Positions 57,009 through 64,000 of a stretch of DNA of 64,000 nucleotides are shown piece by piece. Positions within the stretch are counted from its first letter, which is position 1. Every line of letters begins with the position of its first letter. The stretch spans positions 1 to 64,000 of the forward strand of contig NZ_MWQY01000005.1 of assembly GCF_002087085.1 (NCBI RefSeq), given 5' to 3'. Both the position numbers and the translations under genes were made by a program. A model generated the notes under the pieces. It searched no databases. It was given only the letters and a program-made list of their open reading frames with translations, and was not told where the DNA came from.

Positions 57009-57405
57009 GCCCATAAGGCCAGCGGTTTATCCCGCCGAAGTCGACGACATTCGTGTACCCCTCTTTATGAAGCAGCCTCGCTGCCTGGGACGATCTGTTG
57101 CCGGATCGGCAGTAGAGGATTATCAGGGAATCCCGGGACGTCTCGGGAAGGTTTTCTCCGAGAATCTGAAGCGGCAGGTTTTGTGCTGTGGGGATATATC
57201 CGGAAGAATATTCCGATGGGGTACGTACATCCAGCAGCAGATAGGAAGAATCCTGGTCATCGACGAGCTGCTTAAGGTTTTCAGGATCCCTGTAGGGAGA
57301 ATCCCTGGAACCTTCCCGGGGATATAAGGACAGCAACGTAAAAGAGACGAGTATCGCGAGAGCGATATAAAGTATTATCCGCTTTTTTTCCAGTCTGTAT
57401 TCCAT
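56998..57405 (-). CDS. Rhodanese-like domain protein, membrane anchored
   Basis: N-terminal TM helix; LDVRTPSEY and YCRSGNRS motifs. Confidence 0.9.
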   Translation of the reverse strand: MEYRLEKKRIILYIALAILVSFTLLSLYPREGSRDSPYRDPENLKQLVDDQDSSYLLLDVRTPSEYSSGYIPTAQNLPLQILGENLPETSRDSLIILYCRSGNRSSQAARLLHKEGYTNVVDFGGINRWPYGLNR

Positions 57406-57441
57406 GGGATAAATATAATAAAAACACTAATATATGTGGAG

Positions 57442-57478
57442 AAAAAAATACCCGGCAGCCTGACGGCATACCGGGTAT
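57442..57478 (-). terminator. Rho-independent terminator after hflC
   Basis: ATACCCGG...CCGGGTAT stem followed by a T run on the minus strand. Confidence 0.7.
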
Positions 57479-57495
57479 CCTTCAATTCAGGGGTT

Positions 57496-58500
57496 CTATT
57501 CTCCGTCCTGATCGTAGAGGTACCTGAAGTATTCCATATCGGTTGTCAGGGTCTTGTTGAACTTGTTCATGGTATTCCGGTAACTCTCCAGGGATCGCCA
57601 GAATATGGCGAACTCCTCGTCGGCGCTGTAGGCGTCGGCGTAGATCTGGGCGGCCTGACGGTCGGCGTTACCTTTAACTGTCTCCGCCTCGGTGTAGGCC
57701 CGGGAGAGGATTGTACGCTTTTCGTTGTCCAGCTTACCGAGCCAGAAGGCCTTCTGACCTTCTCCCCGGGAGCGGAATTCCTGGGCCTTCTGGTTCCGTT
57801 CAGCGATCATTCTGTTGTAGACGCTTTCGGTAAGGTCGTCGGAGTAGCGGATCTGCCGGATAACGATATCGATCAGCTCGATTCCGTACTGGGGGGTTAC
57901 CTGGGCGGCGGCGTCAAGCATCTCCTCGGAGAGCATGTTTCGTCCCTTGTTTACCGCGGGATAGGTCTTGTTGGCGTCGATGATAGCCGGGCTGTCCTCG
58001 TCGGGCAGTTCCTCGGTTTTTTCTCCTTCCGTTTCCGCCGTCACACGGACGACCTCGCTGCGGTCGATCTCGTTGATCACGTTGCTGTTCCGTACCGCTT
58101 CAAAAAGGGGATTATCGGCGATAACCGTCCGAATCGAAGAGTCGATAACCTCGTCCAGACGGGCGAAGGCCTGGTTCATGGAGGTTACGGATTCGTAGAA
58201 GAGGGTCGGATCAGAGATCTCCCACCTGGCGGTGGCGTCTACCCAGATAAACTGGTTTTCCGCCGTCGGCAGGCGCTGGGCGTCTCCGTCCCAGGAGAGA
58301 ATCTTCTTGGGGTATTTGACCACCGTATCGATAAGGGGCATCTTGAACTTCAGCCCCGCATCCCTGGCAGTGGAAACAATGGCACCAAAACGGGTTACCA
58401 CCGCCTGCTCTCCCTCGGTGAGTATATAGAAGGGGCCCAGGGCCACGAAGACCACCAGAAGTACAGCTACTACTATCAGTACAGTTGCAAGTCGTTTCAT
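57496..58500 (-). CDS. hflC: FtsH protease modulator HflC
   Basis: SPFH domain; AVVTRFG, GLKFKMP and YNRMIAER motifs. Confidence 0.93.
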   Translation of the reverse strand: MKRLATVLIVVAVLLVVFVALGPFYILTEGEQAVVTRFGAIVSTARDAGLKFKMPLIDTVVKYPKKILSWDGDAQRLPTAENQFIWVDATARWEISDPTLFYESVTSMNQAFARLDEVIDSSIRTVIADNPLFEAVRNSNVINEIDRSEVVRVTAETEGEKTEELPDEDSPAIIDANKTYPAVNKGRNMLSEEMLDAAAQVTPQYGIELIDIVIRQIRYSDDLTESVYNRMIAERNQKAQEFRSRGEGQKAFWLGKLDNEKRTILSRAYTEAETVKGNADRQAAQIYADAYSADEEFAIFWRSLESYRNTMNKFNKTLTTDMEYFRYLYDQDGE

Positions 58501-58501
58501 A

Positions 58502-59479
58502 TCAAAGTCCTCCCTGTCCCTGGAGGTTCTTCAGGGGTAGAAAGTTCTCCAGATTGCGGTCGATAAGATCGGATCCCGGGTCGTTGCCGAAGACGTCCTC
58601 GATCATCTCGATGTAGAGCCTGGAACGGGTTACGTCCGGGTTCCGGCGGTACTCCTGCAGTACCGAGCTGAAGCGGGCCACATCTCCCTGGGCCCGGTTG
58701 ACCTTCTCCGCAGCGTATCCCTGGGCTTCCTGTACGAGCTGCTGTGCCTGTCCCTTGGCCTTGGGGATCTCCTTGTTGTACTGCTCCCGGCCTTCGTTTA
58801 TAAGACGCTCCATGTCCTGGATGGCCTTGTTGACATCCTCGAAGGCGTCCTGAACCGAACCGGCGGGGGGAACGATGTTCCGCAGCTTGACGGTGGTTAT
58901 GTTGATGCCGAGGCCGTAGCTTTCCAGTATACTGTTCATGGTTTCCTGGGCCCGGATCTCGATGTTGGTTCGCTCCGATCCGATTACGTCAAAGATGGTC
59001 CGGTCTCCCACCAGACGGTTGACGATGGACTGGGAGATGTCCCGAATTGTCCGTTTTGGTTCCTGAACATTAAAGAGCCATGCCCGGGGATCGACAATCC
59101 TGTACTGAATAGTCCATTCCACATCCACGATATTGAGGTCCCCGGTGAGCATGATGGACTCCTCGGGAAAATCCGCTTTGGAATAAACTGAGGCGACTCC
59201 GGCCCTTTCTGTACGGAAACCGAACTGCTCGGTCTGGATTACCTGGGTGGGAACATTGTAGTTGCGTTCGATGCCGAAGGGCAGCTTGAACTGCAGCCCC
59301 GGCCCGGTGATTGTTTTGAAATTTCCCAGAAAGAGAGTCACCGCCTGCTCTGTCTGGTCGACAACGTAGAAACTCGACATGACGGTACCGGCGATTATTA
59401 GTACCACAATCGCCAGTATTATCATTTTCGGCCGCACCGGAAAGGGAAAGCCCTTCGGTGTCTGGTCACGGTCCGACAT
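58502..59479 (-). CDS. hflK: FtsH protease modulator HflK
   Basis: MLTGDLNIV, VQDAFEDV and AQGDVARF motifs; start MSDRDQ after a GGAGG Shine-Dalgarno. Confidence 0.93.
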   Translation of the reverse strand: MSDRDQTPKGFPFPVRPKMIILAIVVLIIAGTVMSSFYVVDQTEQAVTLFLGNFKTITGPGLQFKLPFGIERNYNVPTQVIQTEQFGFRTERAGVASVYSKADFPEESIMLTGDLNIVDVEWTIQYRIVDPRAWLFNVQEPKRTIRDISQSIVNRLVGDRTIFDVIGSERTNIEIRAQETMNSILESYGLGINITTVKLRNIVPPAGSVQDAFEDVNKAIQDMERLINEGREQYNKEIPKAKGQAQQLVQEAQGYAAEKVNRAQGDVARFSSVLQEYRRNPDVTRSRLYIEMIEDVFGNDPGSDLIDRNLENFLPLKNLQGQGGL

Positions 59480-59644
59480 AAGACCTCCTGTTAATCTTAC
59501 TGAACGCATCGATCCCTGTGTGGATGCGCCGTATCTGGTTAAGGGTACTTCCCTGTGCATCGAGCGTCAAGGGAGATCACCCGGAAGCTTCGGATATCCC
59601 CTTTCTCTTGCAACAGCGGCAATTATTCCATATAGTGATGAGCT

Positions 59645-61825
59645 ATGAAGAAGAGACTGATCACCTCGGCACTGCCCTATGTTAACAATATTCCCCATCT
59701 CGGCAACCTTATACAGGTTCTGTCGGCGGACGTTTTTGCCCGTTTCTGCCGGCTCAAGGGCTACGAAACCCTCTATGTCTGCGGAACCGATGAGTACGGA
59801 ACCGCCACCGAGACCAGGGCACTGGAGGAAGGAGTCTCTCCCAAGGAGCTGTGCGACCGCTATTTTGTTATCCACGACGATATCTACAAATGGTTCAACA
59901 TCGCCTTTGACAAGTTCGGCCGCACTTCCACCCCGGAACAGACCGATATTGTCCAGTCCATCTTCAGGGGCTGCGACCGGCAGGGCTACATAAAAGAAGG
60001 CAGCATCGAACAGCTCTACTGTACGAGCTGTCAGCGCTTTCTGGCGGATCGCTTTGTCCGGGGAACCTGTCCCCACTGCGGCTATGATGATGCCCGGGGA
60101 GATCAGTGCGAAAACTGCGGCAAACTGCTTGACCCGACGGACCTGGTAAAACCCCGCTGCGGTACCTGCGGCGCGGAACCCGAGGTGAGGGTGACCCATC
60201 ACCTCTATCTCGATCTTCCCGCCATACTTCCGAAACTCCAGAACTGGATGACCGAGGCTTCGGTCCAGGGTTTCTGGGCCCGCAATGCTGTTCAGATGAC
60301 CAACTCCTGGATCCGGGACGGCCTCAAGGAACGGGCCATAACCCGGGACCTGAAGTGGGGAATCCCGGTCCCTAAAAAGGGCTATGAAGACAAGGTCTTC
60401 TATGTCTGGTTCGACGCCCCCATCGGCTACATATCCATAACCGCGACCCTGACGGCGGAGTGGGAAACGTGGTGGAAAAACCCGGAAAACGTGGAGCTTT
60501 TCCAGTTCATCGGCAAGGACAACATCCCCTTTCATACGGTTATTTTTCCTTCATCCCTGCTGGGAAGCGGTGAAAACTGGACCCTCCTGCACCACATGTC
60601 ATCCACCGAGTATCTGAACTACGAGAGCGGTAAGTTCTCCAAGAGCAAGGGGATCGGCGTTTTCGGTACCGACGCCAAGGAAACGGGAATCCCCGCGGAT
60701 GTATGGCGCTTCTATATATACTATAATCGCCCCGAAAAGGCGGATGCCCTCTTTACCTGGAAGGATTTTCAGGAGAAGGTGAATGGAGAGTTGATCGGCA
60801 ACCTGGGCAACCTGGTAAACCGGACCCTCACCTTTGTGAACCGTTTCTATGACGGAAAACTTCCGGAGGCCGAACCGGACGCAGAGTTCTGGAAACAGGT
60901 GGCAGTGCATGAAGAGAAGATTACCGCCCATCTTGAGCGGGCGGAGCTGCGGGATGCTTTCCGGGAAATTTTCGCCCTCTCCTCCATGGGAAACAAGGCC
61001 TTCCAGGACGGAGAGCCCTGGCGGACCCGCAAGGAGGCTCCGGAAGAGGCTGCCCGGCTTCTCAGGGACCTGACTTTCCTTATCCGCGATCTGGCGGTAC
61101 TGATTTCCCCCTATATTCCGGAAACCTCGGATAGAATTGCCGGCTGGCTTGGAATGGACGCGATAAGCTGGGATACCCTGGGCCGGGCCGACGGTATAAC
61201 GGCCATCGCGAAGCCGGAAATCCTTTTTCAGCGTCTTGAGGATGATTTCATCGAAGGCTTACGGGAACGCTTCGCCGGCAGCCAGGCAGAGAGGGAAGCC
61301 GCCAGAAAGGAAAATCAGGAGAAGTCCGAAGCTTCGCCGGAGGATTTTTTCCGGGAACGTCTTGACCTGCGGGTTGCACGGATCGAAACAGTCGAGCAGC
61401 ACCCCGACGCCGACAAGCTCTACGTTCTTCAGCTGAAGCTGGGGGAGGAGGAGCGGCAGATAGTCTCCGGTCTTGTGGACCATTACAGTATCGAGGATCT
61501 GACAGGCCGACACATCGTACTTGTCTACAACCTGAAACCTGCAAAACTCCGGGGGATAAAGAGCGAAGGAATGCTCCTGGCCGCCTCTACGGAGGGGGAA
61601 AAGGAGCTGGAGGTCCTCTTTCTGCCGGAGGTCGCACCGGGGACCCGTCTTTCCCTGGATGGAGAGGCTGCCGCGGCGGAGGGAGCAAAGCGGATCAGCA
61701 TCGACGACTTTTTCTCCACCCCCATGCGGGTTGAAGATAACACGGTAATGATCGGTTCCACCGCGGTGGCAGCCGACGGAACACCTGTCCGCACAAAAAA
61801 TCTCGCCAGGGGGAGCGTAGGCTGA
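59645..61825 (+). CDS. metG: Methionine--tRNA ligase with C-terminal tRNA-binding domain
   Basis: ITSALPY, HLGN, Zn knuckles, YVWFDA, KFSKS and an OB-fold tail. Confidence 0.97.
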   Translation: MKKRLITSALPYVNNIPHLGNLIQVLSADVFARFCRLKGYETLYVCGTDEYGTATETRALEEGVSPKELCDRYFVIHDDIYKWFNIAFDKFGRTSTPEQTDIVQSIFRGCDRQGYIKEGSIEQLYCTSCQRFLADRFVRGTCPHCGYDDARGDQCENCGKLLDPTDLVKPRCGTCGAEPEVRVTHHLYLDLPAILPKLQNWMTEASVQGFWARNAVQMTNSWIRDGLKERAITRDLKWGIPVPKKGYEDKVFYVWFDAPIGYISITATLTAEWETWWKNPENVELFQFIGKDNIPFHTVIFPSSLLGSGENWTLLHHMSSTEYLNYESGKFSKSKGIGVFGTDAKETGIPADVWRFYIYYNRPEKADALFTWKDFQEKVNGELIGNLGNLVNRTLTFVNRFYDGKLPEAEPDAEFWKQVAVHEEKITAHLERAELRDAFREIFALSSMGNKAFQDGEPWRTRKEAPEEAARLLRDLTFLIRDLAVLISPYIPETSDRIAGWLGMDAISWDTLGRADGITAIAKPEILFQRLEDDFIEGLRERFAGSQAEREAARKENQEKSEASPEDFFRERLDLRVARIETVEQHPDADKLYVLQLKLGEEERQIVSGLVDHYSIEDLTGRHIVLVYNLKPAKLRGIKSEGMLLAASTEGEKELEVLFLPEVAPGTRLSLDGEAAAAEGAKRISIDDFFSTPMRVEDNTVMIGSTAVAADGTPVRTKNLARGSVG

Positions 61826-61827
61826 TT

Positions 61828-62829
61828 ATGCCCGGGGCGATGATGGAAACGGTTTCTCTTGACGAACTCGACGGGTACGACAACCTGCTGCAGTCAGGCT
61901 ACTGGGGAAGGGTAAAGGAGAGCTTCGGCTGGACACCCTTTGCCTTCAGTTTTAACGATCAGCCCCTGCTGGTTCTCGTGCGGCGCCTGCCCTTTGGGCA
62001 GGGTATAGCCTACGTACCCCATGGTCCCGTCAACGAGGTGGAGCCCCATTTTTTCGCCCTCTTTGCACGGAACATGATTCCCTCCCTGCCGGACTATGTA
62101 AGCTTTATCCGTTTTGATCTCCCCTGGCAGATATCTGCTGCAGAGGAGAGAAAAGGCTACCTCAAATCCCCTTTTAAAAAAGCCCCCGTTGATGTGCAGC
62201 CTCCCGACACAGTGGTCCTCTCTCTGAAGGAGAGCGAGGAGGATATTCTTGCGGGAATGAAAAAGAAGACCCGCTACAATATACGGCTGGCGGGCAAAAA
62301 AGGGGTTTCCGTTCGCAGCGGCAGCATAAAGGACCTGGAAACCTGGTACGACATCTATCGGGAGACCGCCGGGCGGGACGGCATCAGCATCCACTCCCTG
62401 GACTATTACCGCAGGGTTTTCCAGGAAGGACTGAAACGCAAGAACCCCTCTGTTCGTCTTCTTCTAGCGGAGCTTGAGGGGGAGGTTATCGCCGGGAACA
62501 TCGTTGTTCTCCATGGAAAATCATCCACCTACCTCTACGGCGCCTCCCGGTCGGTACACAGGAACTGCATGCCCACCTATCTGCTGCAGTGGGAAGCGAT
62601 CCGCCTTGCAAAACAGCACGGCTGTGAAAGCTACGATCTCTATGGAATCCCGCCCTATGAAGACGAGGACCATCCCATGAGCGGGCTCTACCGGTTTAAA
62701 ACGGGATTCGGCGGCCGGATAATAAACCGTGCGGGCTGCTGGGATTTTCCCGTTCGCCCGGGCGCCTATACACTCTACCGAGCAGCGGAGAAGGCCAGAA
62801 ACTTCTACTATAAACGTCTTCGCCGCTGA
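61828..62829 (+). CDS. FemABX-family peptidoglycan aminoacyl (glycyl) transferase
   Basis: LLQSGYWG, YVPHGP, KTRYNIR, YLYGAS, YDLYG and FKTGFGG motifs. Confidence 0.9.
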   Translation: MPGAMMETVSLDELDGYDNLLQSGYWGRVKESFGWTPFAFSFNDQPLLVLVRRLPFGQGIAYVPHGPVNEVEPHFFALFARNMIPSLPDYVSFIRFDLPWQISAAEERKGYLKSPFKKAPVDVQPPDTVVLSLKESEEDILAGMKKKTRYNIRLAGKKGVSVRSGSIKDLETWYDIYRETAGRDGISIHSLDYYRRVFQEGLKRKNPSVRLLLAELEGEVIAGNIVVLHGKSSTYLYGASRSVHRNCMPTYLLQWEAIRLAKQHGCESYDLYGIPPYEDEDHPMSGLYRFKTGFGGRIINRAGCWDFPVRPGAYTLYRAAEKARNFYYKRLRR

Positions 62830-64000
62830 TCAGAGTCCGCCCGTCCCGGCAAGACTGCGGACATAGTCCCTGAAAAGGTCTCCCCGGTGAAACTCGTTTC
62901 TGAACATCCCGAAGGAAGCGCATCCCGGCGAAAGCAGTACCACATCCCCCGGACGGGCCTCTGCCCGCACCTGCATAAGGGCTTCCTCCAGGGATTCAAA
63001 GGGTCCCCGATGCCTGATACCGGCTTCTTCCGCCGCAGCTTCAAAACGGGGCGTTGCGTTTCCTTTCAATAAATAAAGCCCCGCCACCCTGCGCAGGGCA
63101 TCGGAAAAGCCGGTAAAATCCAGTTCCTTGTCCGTACCTCCGGCAATCAGCCGTACGGGAGCATCAAAGCTGGCAATTGCAGCAGCCGCAGCCTCAGGGA
63201 TTGTGGCGGCGCTGTCGTTTACATACAGTACGCCGTCGATTCGGGCCACCTCTTCCAGACGGTGGGGAATGCCGTGAAAATCCGCAAGTCCGGACTTGAT
63301 GGTTTCCACCGGAACCCCGGAGGATGCGAGCATTACCGCTGCGGCCAGCAGGTTGAGCCGGTTGTGAGCGCCGGGAACTGCAAGAGTTTCCGGCAGGATT
63401 TCCACTTCCTTGCCCTCCCTGCGCAGGAATCCCCTGGTCCCTTTAAGAAAACCACCCTCCAGCGCTGCGGGAAGTTGATTATTGGAAAAGTAGAGGACCC
63501 TGGCTCGGGACTCCCCGGCATATTTCCGTCCGTAAGGGTCGTCATAGTTGAAAACCGATACATCGTTACTGTCCTGATTGGAAAATATCAGGGCCTTGTC
63601 GGCAACATAATCCTCGAAGCTGTCATAACGGTTCTGGTGATCATGCATTATGTTGGTGATCATGCTGTACCGGGGCTTCAATACCTCCCGGGGAAGACAG
63701 TCCGCCAGCTGCCAGGAAGAGAGCTCCAGAACCACCGGTGCATCCTTCTCTTTGAGGCTGCCGTTTATCATATCCCTGAGCAGGAAATTCAGGGGACTGA
63801 TGGTGATGTTTCCTCCCAGGTCGGTTTCGCTTTTGATTGTCGACAGAACATGGTGCACCGCGCTGGCCGTAGTAGACTTACCCTTGGTCCCGGTTATGGC
63901 GAAGACTTCGCGGCCGCTGAGGCCCAGGAAAACAGCGATATCGCTGCTCACGTGGTGTGCGGCCTTCAGGTATTCCGAACCCGAGGGTACCGCCGGGTTC
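62830..64000 (-). CDS. murD: UDP-MurNAc-L-Ala--D-glutamate ligase (5' part outside window)
   Basis: NPAVP, ITGTKGKSTT, LELSSWQL, HRLE, NDSAAT and LLSPGCASF; the frame is open to the window edge. Confidence 0.95.
   Translation of the reverse strand, partial: NPAVPSGSEYLKAAHHVSSDIAVFLGLSGREVFAITGTKGKSTTASAVHHVLSTIKSETDLGGNITISPLNFLLRDMINGSLKEKDAPVVLELSSWQLADCLPREVLKPRYSMITNIMHDHQNRYDSFEDYVADKALIFSNQDSNDVSVFNYDDPYGRKYAGESRARVLYFSNNQLPAALEGGFLKGTRGFLRREGKEVEILPETLAVPGAHNRLNLLAAAVMLASSGVPVETIKSGLADFHGIPHRLEEVARIDGVLYVNDSAATIPEAAAAAIASFDAPVRLIAGGTDKELDFTGFSDALRRVAGLYLLKGNATPRFEAAAEEAGIRHRGPFESLEEALMQVRAEARPGDVVLLSPGCASFGMFRNEFHRGDLFRDYVRSLAGTGGL

Noticed and set aside
57436..60535. Long antisense ORFs opposite hflC (376 aa) and metG (322 aa), and similar shadows elsewhere
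   Set aside because: They fully overlap well-conserved genes, have no motifs, and are expected at this GC content.

Overview
The window is chromosomal DNA from a GC-rich, probably free-living spirochaete. This is inferred from FlaA, a CheW-CheR fusion, CheX, a spiro-SPASM radical SAM protein and a non-DAP-type MurE. The first ~3.5 kb is accessory DNA next to a tRNA-Pro/tRNA-Arg pair. It holds a probable ISAs1-type IS end cutting into satD, a DUF3307-like membrane gene and an AbiE type IV toxin-antitoxin pair with an operator-like inverted repeat. It also holds two related ~140-bp structured elements, each with a duplicated tRNA 3' end. Next come nth, an MBL hydrolase, pyrKD and a coupled operon (spiro-SPASM, glycosyltransferase, cytidylyltransferase, methyltransferase fusion, ATP-grasp) running into amidase-GerMN-flaA. 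Two probable outer-membrane beta-barrel genes, the core cheA-cheW(R)-cheX-cheY operon and tRNA-Val follow. A second chemosensory cluster lacks cheW; its CheA has two HPt domains and a tandem MshEN-like c-di-GMP motif. The rest is mostly housekeeping: neuB-like, pncAB, serS, proC, trmL, glpK, dinB, ddl, murE, a queD + orphan DNA adenine methyltransferase pair, hflKC, metG, a Fem-family transferase and partial murD. No CRISPR array or rRNA was seen. All calls come from reading motifs by eye; no database searches were run.
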